From positions 256,001 to 320,000 of the forward strand of contig CAVZSQ010000022.1 in assembly GCA_963777955.1 (NCBI GenBank): a stretch of 64,000 nt of DNA, read 5' to 3'. The notes beneath the pieces were generated by a model. That model saw only the letters and a program-made list of their open reading frames with translations, did no database searches and was not told the DNA's origin. The stretch is from Calditrichia bacterium. Lineage in GTDB: Bacteria > Calditrichota > Calditrichia > JAJRVZ01. Below are positions 22,180 to 31,818 of the stretch, piece by piece. The translations under genes were made by a program, and so were the position numbers. Every line of letters starts with the position of its first letter. Position 1 is the first letter of the stretch.

Positions 22180-23712
22180 TTATGCTTTTACGCCACCGAC
22201 GGTCATTGATTTTACCAGTACCGTCGGCAATCCAAAACCAACCGGAACAGCCTGTCCGCCTTTGCCGCAGGCACCGCCTCCGCCCTGGTGCATTTGTAAA
22301 TCGTTGGCAGACATCGTGATGTTTTGCAGCATCTTAGGACCATTACCCATGATATTGATATCCTTGATGGGGGCGGTGAGTTTACCGTTTTCAATCATCC
22401 TTCCTTGCGAGACATAAAAAGCAAAATCCCCTTCACCAATTTTTACCTGACCGTTACTGACATCCTGAACATAGATTCCTTTAGCGACACTACTGATTAT
22501 ATCTGTTGGGGAAGACTCTCCGCTCAACATATAGGTGTTGCGCATGCGCGGTTGTATATAATGCTGATAACTCTCACGGCGGCCATTACCGGTAGGGGTT
22601 ACGTGATAATGGCGGGCTGAAATTTTATCATGCATGTAACTGGTCAAAATTCCCTTGTCAACCAAAATCGTTTTTTGTCCCGGTATACCCTCGTCATCCA
22701 CATTGAGGGAACCGAGCAGATCGGGTATGGTGCCGTCATCAATGATGGTGATAAAGGGTTCGGCAACCTGCTTGCCGATCATGGTAGCGTAAGTGGATAT
22801 TTTTTTACGGTTAAAATCCGCCTCCATACCATGCCCGATCGCTTCATGCAGCAGGATACCGGTAACTCCCGGGCCCAGTACCACAGGCATTTCACCTGCA
22901 GGCGGCTGCACTGCTTCGAATAATACCAAAACCCGGTCAATCGCGGTTTTAGCGATGATATCGACAACATCAGCGTTATAAAAGGAAAAATTCCGCCGCC
23001 CGCCCATATTCCAACCGGCTCTTTCGCGGCGCCCATCTTTTTCTGCTACCACATTTACCATAAGATAATTTCTGGGTTGTAAATCTTCGGCTTTAGTTCC
23101 GTCACTGGTGATAATCATGATCCGCTTCTGCTGATCATGAAATTGGGCATTTACTTTTACCACCAGCGGAGACATGGCAAAACACTTGTCATTGACAGTC
23201 TGTACCAAAGGCAGTTTGGATTCTAAGGGAACATCTGTTAGCAGGGTTGCCAGCGGGTAAAAATTTTGAATGTTTAATGCGACAAACTCACCGGCTGGTT
23301 GATTAGGATTAGCAGATGCAATTGTTGCCGCTGTCGCTGCTGCCGCCAGCATGGATTTTTCATTTAATTCCTGGGTAAAACCATAACCTACCTGTTCACC
23401 TTTCACGGTACGAATACCGACACCCAGGGAGATGGAACCATAAGCTTGATTGACCTGGCCGTCTTCGAGTATTAACCAGTTACTAATGGTATGCTCAAAA
23501 TATAAATCAGCAAAATCACCGCCGCGGTATAGCGCCTGAGCTAATACTTTACGGCATAACTCGGCGGTTATACCAAACTCTTGTTCAAAGTAGCCTGTCA
23601 TCTGAACATTGGAAAAGTTGAACCATCCTTTCCTCCAGGCAGGCAACATTGTCAAAGCGGCCGCGGCTGTTGAACCTGTCTTTAGAAAAGAACGCCTGGT
23701 TATAGGATTCAT
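22180..23712 (-). CDS. tldD: TldD metalloprotease with twin-arginine signal
   Basis: TRRSFLK Tat motif; GGDFADLYFE, GVGIR, LLHEAIGHGMEAD, DDEG, GNGRRESY, PRMRNTY, CGKGGQ.VPVG.G.P. Confidence 0.93.
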   Translation of the reverse strand: MNPITRRSFLKTGSTAAAALTMLPAWRKGWFNFSNVQMTGYFEQEFGITAELCRKVLAQALYRGGDFADLYFEHTISNWLILEDGQVNQAYGSISLGVGIRTVKGEQVGYGFTQELNEKSMLAAAATAATIASANPNQPAGEFVALNIQNFYPLATLLTDVPLESKLPLVQTVNDKCFAMSPLVVKVNAQFHDQQKRIMIITSDGTKAEDLQPRNYLMVNVVAEKDGRRERAGWNMGGRRNFSFYNADVVDIIAKTAIDRVLVLFEAVQPPAGEMPVVLGPGVTGILLHEAIGHGMEADFNRKKISTYATMIGKQVAEPFITIIDDGTIPDLLGSLNVDDEGIPGQKTILVDKGILTSYMHDKISARHYHVTPTGNGRRESYQHYIQPRMRNTYMLSGESSPTDIISSVAKGIYVQDVSNGQVKIGEGDFAFYVSQGRMIENGKLTAPIKDINIMGNGPKMLQNITMSANDLQMHQGGGGACGKGGQAVPVGFGLPTVLVKSMTVGGVKA

Positions 23713-24055
23713 TTGCTCCTCCGATTTATCATAAAACTATATATGCACAGAGAATCGAATTTAAAATCACTTTCTCAATTTGGTTTTTATAAAATAGAAT
23801 TGACTGGAAAAAATCATTTTTATTGATCGTCAAAGCTCGATTAATTTCCGAGAGTTATCATCTAATACGTATTGTCACGCGCGGAGGTTGCATAGGAATT
23901 TGAAATTGATCAACGTCACTGCTTAAAAATATTATTTATGGTATTATTAATTTATAAATGAAAGCCGAATATTGATGAATATAGGATTAAGTAGTAACTC
24001 TTTCAGGAACAATAACCTGAATGCTTTCCGTCAGTTAAAGAAAAAGGAGGTTATT

Positions 24056-25459
24056 ATGTATAAACTTGCATTTTTGCTGGCATGTCTGTTCAGTATCTTT
24101 GTGCTGAGTAGTTGTGAGAAAGATACAAGTCCCCAGGAACAGACTCTGGAAGTAGATGCCGTGATGACCGAGCAATCTACTTTTGGCTGGGAACTGAATG
24201 ATCTGGTTAAAAGCGGGGATGATATTTCCGGTTTGACCCAGAGTTCAGAATTTTTAGGGCAGGGGAATGATGATTTTCTCGGTATGGAGAAAATGAAACA
24301 GCAAGCGATACAGATGGGCCGGGAGGCCGGAGCCATTCTAAGCGCACGGTCATTTCTGGCCAAAACTCTGACCGATTCCCTGATCTATTTTGAGGAGGAT
24401 ACGCTGAAGGGTACCCGTGCGGCCATGTATTATGATGCCGAAACGGGTCTGGCTACATATTATTCCGTGAAATACATATTTATGGCCTTGCGTCCGCTGG
24501 TGTATGATTCTGCCGTTGCGGTTATCGATATGAATTTTACTTTTGAAAATAGTACAGATGATCTGATCAAAGAGTTATACCAGCAGCGCCTTTTTAAAGA
24601 AACCTTCTTCATCCAGAAAATTGTCGGGGAAGTGACAGTCACAGATTATAACGGTGCTGAAATCAGCGGACTGGAAGCCGCCCAAAATACCTACTATCGC
24701 CAGGACCGCTTCCTGCAACAGTTGACACAAACCGTGGATTTAAATCCCGATCAATCGGGAACCGTGCGTGAAGATTTTAAATTCCAGGATAATACAACTG
24801 TCTATCGAGAAATCACTTTCTATGCTAATCATACCGGTGAATTCAGTAAACAACTGCGTGACGGTACCATGGTCAGCGGAACTTTTAATTGCGTCGAAGA
24901 TGATCTGCAGGGGTGGTATAATGAATTGATAGATTTTCCGGCAGGCCGCTACCTGGATAAGATCATGAAATCAGCCGAAGTCGCTATCGATACGCTGTAC
25001 GACACGTTTAGCGCCCAATTTGTCGAACATATCTTTTTCAGTTCCGGTAAGATCGATACAATTGCCATAGCACTGGTGAGTTATCAGGACGGTGAGATGC
25101 GTCATACGGGTCTGGAGATTCAGAAGGCCAATGGCGCTCACGGATCATTTACTCTTGAGCAGAGCGGAGATGAAGGAGATCTGAGCGGGACCTGGACCAC
25201 CTGGAACGATTATTTTATAATAATCGCAGCTGAATATTATGCCGACGGCAGTGCGCATCTCTATTACGAAGTATATGCTCCACCGTATTCTGAAGGGGAC
25301 GATCCGATCCTGATCGCGGATTATGATATTAGTCCCGACGGCTCGGGTACGGGAACCATTACTTATAACGGTGAAGTGTATCAGGTCAGTTTTGACGGTA
25401 TAACTCAGGCTGAGATAACCAAAGGCGGCAAGAAGGCGATTGTGAACCTGTTTAAATAA
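24056..25459 (+). CDS. Hypothetical lipoprotein, acidic and beta-rich
   Basis: AAGGAGG RBS before ATG 24056; lipobox LSSC; about 467-aa open frame. Confidence 0.8.
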   Translation: MYKLAFLLACLFSIFVLSSCEKDTSPQEQTLEVDAVMTEQSTFGWELNDLVKSGDDISGLTQSSEFLGQGNDDFLGMEKMKQQAIQMGREAGAILSARSFLAKTLTDSLIYFEEDTLKGTRAAMYYDAETGLATYYSVKYIFMALRPLVYDSAVAVIDMNFTFENSTDDLIKELYQQRLFKETFFIQKIVGEVTVTDYNGAEISGLEAAQNTYYRQDRFLQQLTQTVDLNPDQSGTVREDFKFQDNTTVYREITFYANHTGEFSKQLRDGTMVSGTFNCVEDDLQGWYNELIDFPAGRYLDKIMKSAEVAIDTLYDTFSAQFVEHIFFSSGKIDTIAIALVSYQDGEMRHTGLEIQKANGAHGSFTLEQSGDEGDLSGTWTTWNDYFIIIAAEYYADGSAHLYYEVYAPPYSEGDDPILIADYDISPDGSGTGTITYNGEVYQVSFDGITQAEITKGGKKAIVNLFK

Positions 25460-25479
25460 ATGGGTAAAGGGTAAAGATA

Positions 25480-25540
25480 ACCCACCCCAAATCCCCTCCC
25501 TTTCAGTCAGGAGACTGAAAGGGAGGGGCCGGGGGTGGGT
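25480..25540. repeat. Long GC-rich palindromic (REP-like) hairpin between convergent genes; possible bidirectional terminator
   Basis: ACCCACCCC-AAAT-CCCCTCCCTTTCAGTC-AGGA-GACTGAAAGGGAGGGG-CCG-GGGGTGGGT; flanked by GGGTAAA and TTTACCC heptamers. Confidence 0.75.
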
Positions 25541-25570
25541 CATAAAGGCATTAAGTTTTTCCTTTCCCCT

Positions 25571-26032
25571 TTACCCTTTTTCCTTATAACTATACCAGAA
25601 AAGTCGGCGTTGTCGCCAGAGATAGGCGATAGCCCATATGGCTATAAGAGTAAAAGGAAGAAAAAGAATTCCACCCGGCGAGAATTCTCCGTATATATCC
25701 CGGGTCCAGATTACGGTCATGGAGAAAATCCACAGGGCGTTGACCATCTGGGCCGCGGTCCAGCCCCAGGAACGCATACTCCATAAACCGATCGTCGCTA
25801 TCATCAATAATGGTACAGAATAGAGTAAGTCGGCAATCAGGAAACCGCGGGTTGTAGCGGCGTTGACCCGCTCGGCAAATACGGTAAGATCACCGGGAGA
25901 CGGTACCAGATTTGAAAACAGAATCGATAACCAGAATAATAACGTAATCATACACCCCAGGGCATTGATAATAACCAGGAAAGTAACACCGGCCGGGCGA
26001 GAGGGTAATTTATTTTTTGAATTATCAGGCAT
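25571..26032 (-). CDS. Hypothetical four-TM membrane protein
   Basis: Four hydrophobic segments after RPAGVT; AAGGA RBS before ATG 26032 (ORF open from 26053). Confidence 0.7.
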   Translation of the reverse strand: MPDNSKNKLPSRPAGVTFLVIINALGCMITLLFWLSILFSNLVPSPGDLTVFAERVNAATTRGFLIADLLYSVPLLMIATIGLWSMRSWGWTAAQMVNALWIFSMTVIWTRDIYGEFSPGGILFLPFTLIAIWAIAYLWRQRRLFWYSYKEKG

Positions 26033-26062
26033 ATATTCCTTCCATTTTCTCATTGTCCCTAT

Positions 26063-27472
26063 TTATAATTTTAATATCCACGCTGCAATATCTATAATTA
26101 CCTGCTCTGCCACATGGCCGGCTACTCCATATTCTGCCGGTGTGCTTTTACCTGCGCCTGTTATAAATAAATGATTGAGATCAGGATACAATTTAAATTG
26201 CACATTGGAATGCGCGGCCAGGGTTGATTTCCAGCCATCGAGATCTACGCGGGTGACCTGATAGTCGCGTCCACCCTGCAGGATTAACGTAGGCTGTTTT
26301 AGTTTCCTGGCAGTTTCAGCAGGTTTATAATCCCGCAGGTCAAACCAGTAATTGACCGGCATCCCCAGGGGAAGAGCAGAAGCAGGCGTACTGGGAGACA
26401 GATTTGGATCTTTAAGACGGGCTACCTGTACACTCAAAGTATCCAGAAATATTTTCTCCTGACTGGAAATTGTACTGTCCAGAGCGCTGATGTACCTGAA
26501 CTGATCCAGGGCAAGATCTTCCAGCGGTCGGGTGGGACCAGCCATAATAATTAATCCGCTGATCTTTGGATCTGCTGCTGCCATCCTGGGTAAAAGCATT
26601 CCTCCTAAACTGTGTCCCAGCACAAATATTCCGGCAGGATCGATTCCCGGGGTTTGGCGCAACAGTGCCACAGCTGCCAGTGCATCATCGATGGTTTCTT
26701 CCTTAACGGTCAGTTTTGCTATAATCTCCGGAGTATACCTGGCGGCATGGTACTTGGTACGTTTCTCATAACGTAATACGGCAATACCCTTAGAAGCCAG
26801 TCCCCAGGCCAGATCACGGAAAGGTTTGTTGGGACCGATAGTCTCATCCCGGTCATTGGGACCAGATCCATGGATTAAAACCACTGCCGGGAATGGACCA
26901 CTTCCCGCGGGAGTGGTCAACGTCCCGGGTAAGGCCCATTCATCAGAACCGATGGTTATTTCCCGCTCCTGATAGGAATTTGGTTTTACATAAGCAGGTG
27001 CCACATAAGCAACTCCTGATTGAGCCGGTACAAAAAACATTCCGGCAATCTGGCCGGATGGATTAATAATCAGTTTAAAATCAATGGTCATTGCTGCAAA
27101 TTGCCAGGTGACGTAGATGACATCAAATTGCTGGTATTTTTCTGCCCGGATACCCAACTGTTTCTGAAAAGCACCCAGACGTTGATCCAGGGATTCCCTG
27201 GCTTGCTGAAGTTTATCCAGAGGAAGGGCTTCTTTCATGGTGGCATCAAATTTTTCCATAAAAGCAGTATAATCTTTTTGCAGAAATTTGTCGGCTAAAA
27301 TTTGAGCTGCGGCAATCCGCTGCGGAGAAACAACAGTACTGTCCGGCTGGGCTGAGATAACTGATTTCAAACTCTCTGCAGAAACTGGATAATCAGACGG
27401 TGATGGATAACTGCCGGCGTTTATTATGCCTGCTGTGATTAGTAATGTGCTTATCCGGAGGATTATTTTCAT
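26063..27472 (-). CDS. Exported alpha/beta hydrolase with N-terminal DUF3887-like domain
   Basis: Signal peptide; LPGTLT.P, HGSGPNDRDE, RYEKR, GHSLGG nucleophile elbow, QGGRDYQV, LNHLF. Confidence 0.9.
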   Translation of the reverse strand: MKIILRISTLLITAGIINAGSYPSPSDYPVSAESLKSVISAQPDSTVVSPQRIAAAQILADKFLQKDYTAFMEKFDATMKEALPLDKLQQARESLDQRLGAFQKQLGIRAEKYQQFDVIYVTWQFAAMTIDFKLIINPSGQIAGMFFVPAQSGVAYVAPAYVKPNSYQEREITIGSDEWALPGTLTTPAGSGPFPAVVLIHGSGPNDRDETIGPNKPFRDLAWGLASKGIAVLRYEKRTKYHAARYTPEIIAKLTVKEETIDDALAAVALLRQTPGIDPAGIFVLGHSLGGMLLPRMAAADPKISGLIIMAGPTRPLEDLALDQFRYISALDSTISSQEKIFLDTLSVQVARLKDPNLSPSTPASALPLGMPVNYWFDLRDYKPAETARKLKQPTLILQGGRDYQVTRVDLDGWKSTLAAHSNVQFKLYPDLNHLFITGAGKSTPAEYGVAGHVAEQVIIDIAAWILKL

Positions 27473-27544
27473 GTTTTTTACCTTTCTTGATATCTAATAT
27501 GATATACACAGCAGATTCTGAAATATTCAAACACTTCACATCAT

Positions 27545-29183
27545 TTACGATTTCCACTCCTGCATAATTTCGCGCAAAACATTCCAGTCCGCTGGGTATA
27601 ACGGCACCGTAGCCGTGACCGGGCCTGGTCCAGGCGCCGGCCAGGTATAGGTTTTTAATCGGCGTTTTATGCCCGAGCCGGCTCTGCCCGCTGTTATCCA
27701 GTGTCTGATCAAAGCCGTATACAGCACCGCGATAATTGCCGGTGTAACGCACGTTGGTCAGCGGTGTACCGATTTCAATTACTTCGATAGCAGCACGCAA
27801 TCCGGGCAATAAAGTTTTTTCAGCCTGATCGATTAGTATATCGGCCATACGTTTTTTCTCGGCCCGGTAGGTATCCTTTTTCCCCTCAAGATAGTCGGCT
27901 TCATAAGGCAACCAGTGCTCATACCCCTGCAGGGTCAGCAGGTTGATAATATTTTTTCCGGCCGGAGAATATCCTTTATATAGATTATCATACAGGGTAA
28001 CAGCATACCCGCCGTGCTCAACATTGGCCTGTACCATGGCCTGATAATCTGCTTCCAGATCGTAACCGGTGTTGTAAAAAATTTCGGTATCTTTAATACC
28101 CAGTTCACCGGCCAGGTCTTTTTTTAAGCCGAGAAAAATCTGGAAGGATGACAGGCTGACACTGTAAGAATCCAGTTTACTCAAATACTCGTTTAAATAA
28201 TCGTTTTCATTCATCATTTTCTTAAAAGTAACCGGTGCGCTGGCATTGGAAATCACAACTTTGGCTTTGAACTCTTCACCATTTTCCGTTCGGACACCGT
28301 AAGCAGCATGATCCCTGGTCAGTATCTCTTTCACCCGGGTTGACAACTTCACCTGACCGCCACGTTCTTCAATAAAAGTTTTAAAAGCAGTGCTGATCTG
28401 TTGCGATTTGCCGATGGGATAATAACCGCCTTCCTGCAGATAACCAAGGGTGGGCATGGCATAATAAAAGGGTGAAAGTTTTGATGGAGGCAGGCCGTAA
28501 TAGACCCACAATGAAGAGATGATTGCTTTCAGCTTGATATTATTAATACGCGAGTCGACCATTTGTCCCCAGCTTTTACCGAAGCTGTTTGCCAGAACCG
28601 GGAAATCCTGGGCAAAGCGGCTCATGTCAATCTGCCCCTGGGCCTGGTATAATTTTTGAATGTCATTCATCATTCCCTGCATATCTTCAAAAATACCCTC
28701 TATCCCAGTTTTTTCATCGGGGAAGTAAGCGATGAGTTTGTCGATATAACCGCGCAGGTTTTTCTGGGGAACGCGGATATCGTAGTCCGGATAGATTACC
28801 CGGTACAGGTCGGGATGGGGTACGAATTCGACCGAAGTGATTTCGGGAAATCCCGGTATCAGATTATGCAAACCGTTCCGTTCACCCACGCCAGTCGAGT
28901 GCAATGAAACATCGAAAATAAAATCTTTACGTTTAAAGGTAGTGGCATATCCTCCCGCTTTGCTGTGCTGTTCCAGCAGCAGCGGTTTGAAGCCCTGGCG
29001 GGCAAAAGCAGCGGCACAACTGAGTCCTCCCAGACCTGAACCGATGATGATGGCATCATATTCGTTGGTTTTATTCCCGGCCCTGGCAGCGGTGGAGAAA
29101 GCACTCCAGTCCAGCGCCGTGACTGAGAACCCGGCCAGTAATGATTTGATGAAATCCCTGCGCTTTAGTTCTGAGATTGCCAT
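27545..29183 (-). CDS. Phytoene desaturase (CrtI)-like FAD-dependent oxidoreductase with Tat signal; +1 insertion near the 3' end (~27575)
   Basis: KRRDFIK Tat motif; IIIGSGLGGLSCAA dinucleotide fold, LEQH...GGY, GTPLT..RYT...GAVYG, NLYLAGAW. Corrected end ...EIMQEWKS-stop at 27545. Confidence 0.88.
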
Positions 29184-29328
29184 AATTCTCTTCTCCCTAT
29201 CATTGATTTATGGATGTCCAAATTATATTAGCTCATCCAATCTGTATTATTACCGTACGTCTTTTCACCAGATTGACAATAGTTATTAGGGTAAGTCTAT
29301 CCCGCGTACTTATTAAAAATAGCGATTA

Positions 29329-30066
29329 TTAAAAGTAAATGATACATCCGATCAAAAAAGAACTGCTTGAAGACTGACTGAAGCCTAGATAAGCATATTC
29401 TGCCTGGAGTGTCATTATCGTATTTGCAGGATACAACAATCCTAATCCTAGATTATATCCACTGGCCTGCTCGGTAAATATACCACCGGCACTAAAACCG
29501 GTTGTAAGTGAACCTACACGCCCATCCGGATTGATTAATTCCCTATCTGTTGCTGGCAGATTATGAAGATTAAAATTTAATAATGCACTCTGGATTATGT
29601 GGGAACTTAGATTTGAATAATTGTAGCTTATTCCGATCGTAGTCGTATTACCTGAGATGAATCCAATTGATGCAGCGCAATTAAGGCCATTATTCAGCCT
29701 GTCAATATAGTCGATTCCCGCTATGGCACTAAATATTAAACTGCCTTTCAGACCATCAGGATTTATTAACTCGTTTAGATTTTCAATTGGTTCAGTAAAA
29801 ATGTTCAATCCGATCATTGCCAGAAATCCATTCTCTGATCCACTTCCACCTGTATAACCACCCGATGTTAGTAAGGTAAAATAATTTGAGACTGGCAATG
29901 AAACAGACAGAAGACCTTGATCGACATTAAAATTATTGGCTGCAGTATGTCCATAATATAAACCAACACCCGGCTGGAGATACCTCCCATCGGGATTGTA
30001 CCCGTTACTCCATCCTATGTTGACAATCAATAATAGAACTATTATGATTCCCTTCTGCATATTCAT
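29329..30066 (-). CDS. Hypothetical outer-membrane beta-barrel protein with three internal NPDG repeats
   Basis: Signal peptide, alternating beta-strand pattern, C-terminal Phe; NPDG at residues 24, 102 and 179. Confidence 0.65.
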   Translation of the reverse strand: MNMQKGIIIVLLLIVNIGWSNGYNPDGRYLQPGVGLYYGHTAANNFNVDQGLLSVSLPVSNYFTLLTSGGYTGGSGSENGFLAMIGLNIFTEPIENLNELINPDGLKGSLIFSAIAGIDYIDRLNNGLNCAASIGFISGNTTTIGISYNYSNLSSHIIQSALLNFNLHNLPATDRELINPDGRVGSLTTGFSAGGIFTEQASGYNLGLGLLYPANTIMTLQAEYAYLGFSQSSSSSFLIGCIIYF

Positions 30067-30096
30067 CTCCTTTATTATAGGATTGGCACTATTATT

Positions 30097-30531
30097 TTAT
30101 TCCAGATTTTCTCTGATTATAGATTCTAAACCCAACAAGATATTGCATAAGGCTGTATTTGTGACTTCGGTACTGTCGTGATCCCGTATCATATATATAA
30201 AAGCCCAGGTTCCGACTATATCCAGCGTATCCCGTTTGAAATCGCCAGTTATCTTGTATTTGCCCTTTAATGCATCCGTCAGTGCATCCAATATCTCCCC
30301 GTTCGCAGTATCTCTGATCAGGCTCAGGTTGATCAAAGTATCCTTAAAATTCAGCTTGCTGACATTTGCTGAGAAGATATCAGAAACTGTTGTCGGGTAT
30401 ACGTTGAACTCCAGATTACCACCACCGTAACGTTCGAAATACATATAATCATACCGGTCACCCGGTTGTGTCGATTTTTCTTCGCAGGCCGCCAGCGTGA
30501 ATAAAATCAGCCACATTATTTTGTACTGCAT
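30097..30531 (-). CDS. Hypothetical lipoprotein
   Basis: GGGAGG RBS; lipobox LAAC. Confidence 0.75.
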   Translation of the reverse strand: MQYKIMWLILFTLAACEEKSTQPGDRYDYMYFERYGGGNLEFNVYPTTVSDIFSANVSKLNFKDTLINLSLIRDTANGEILDALTDALKGKYKITGDFKRDTLDIVGTWAFIYMIRDHDSTEVTNTALCNILLGLESIIRENLE

Positions 30532-30896
30532 GTCATGCCTCCCTTACAAAATAACTCAGAATTGAAAAAATACAAGTGTCATGCCCATGAAATTATCCCT
30601 GATTGAACTTCAGCAGATATAAAGGAGCACTTAGACTAACGAACAAAAACCTACCAGTTTTCGCTCATTATTAAATCTCTTAATTTCTATAAAAGTTTAA
30701 TATTTTGATCAGTGACAACGAAAGTCTATTAATTCGAAAGGCTAATACTGGATCCGGAATTGATAATGAAATTTAATGAATTATTCAGCAATCCGTATAT
30801 ATATTTTTTCCGGTCCTCTTTGACAGCTGCAGTTTGTACTTTCTTGTGGAAGTCGATATTTTGTCCAGCGCCACCAGGATCATTAAAAGGCAATAA

Positions 30897-31790
30897 TTAT
30901 ACTTTATTTAAAATGTACAATTCACTCTCGCCACGAATATTCAACCGTTCAGTGGCAAACCAGATTATGAAACATCCTACCCCCACCATCAACCATAAAA
31001 CACCGTAGAAGGCAATATTTTCCTGCCAGCCATTATACACCCCTTCGGGTACTTGCACAAAAAATAAAAAAGCATCATGCAAAAAGTGAAAGACAATCCC
31101 CGCCAGCAGCGCGCGTGTTTTGTATGCAGCATAAGTAAAGGCAATCGCAATGATCATAACTGAAACGACATCAACCAATACCAGCCAGTCAAAACCTTTG
31201 ATATGGGCCAGGCCGAAAATAACAATCTGCCAGATAAAGGCCTTGATCAGGTTCCTGGTTAAAGGCAGCAGAAGCATAACGATGATACCGCGATAGAATA
31301 TCTCCTCAAAAATTCCCGGATTCAGGCTGAAAATGATCTGTTTTAGATTTATAGTACTCCAGTTCAATTCATATCTGCCGCTGAGCAAGGATCCCAGCAA
31401 CATTCCCGAAAGTGTGCAAAGCGCCAGAATAATTCCCAGCATGATATGACGCCAAACACGGGGCGGAACATATAAACCGATTCGCTGCAGATACTCCTTA
31501 ATTGGGACCGCTCCGAATGGGGCACGATAGAGTACGGGGAAAAGGTAAAAGACTCCAAAACACCCTACTCCCAGATTGATAATTGATTTAACGATTTTGG
31601 ATATTTCGATTTTAAATATCATCTGTACTACCAGACAAAGAAAAAAGCCCATCATCGGCCAGGCCAGCGCTACCAGAATTGCCGCAATCGGATGAATTTT
31701 CATCTTTGTCCCGGCTTTGGCACCGGTCAGATCATCCGGCTTTTTACCGGGTATTTTTTCCTGCGCAGGTGATGAATTCTGCCGTACCAT
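30897..31790 (-). CDS. CPBP/Abi family intramembrane glutamic endopeptidase
   Basis: PGIFEEIFYRG, FGLAH, HFLHD motifs in a multi-TM protein. Confidence 0.9.
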   Translation of the reverse strand: MVRQNSSPAQEKIPGKKPDDLTGAKAGTKMKIHPIAAILVALAWPMMGFFLCLVVQMIFKIEISKIVKSIINLGVGCFGVFYLFPVLYRAPFGAVPIKEYLQRIGLYVPPRVWRHIMLGIILALCTLSGMLLGSLLSGRYELNWSTINLKQIIFSLNPGIFEEIFYRGIIVMLLLPLTRNLIKAFIWQIVIFGLAHIKGFDWLVLVDVVSVMIIAIAFTYAAYKTRALLAGIVFHFLHDAFLFFVQVPEGVYNGWQENIAFYGVLWLMVGVGCFIIWFATERLNIRGESELYILNKV

Positions 31791-31818
31791 TGACTTCCTC
31801 AAAGCTTAAGATTGTAAT

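Noticed and set aside
27393..27544. C-terminal extension of the CrtI-like protein overlapping the hydrolase gene
   Set aside because: Produced by the +1 insertion near 27575; the corrected stop is at 27545.
30897..31790. Abi-domain gene as a phage defence system
   Set aside because: CPBP/Abi proteins are generally membrane proteases and there is no defence-island context here.
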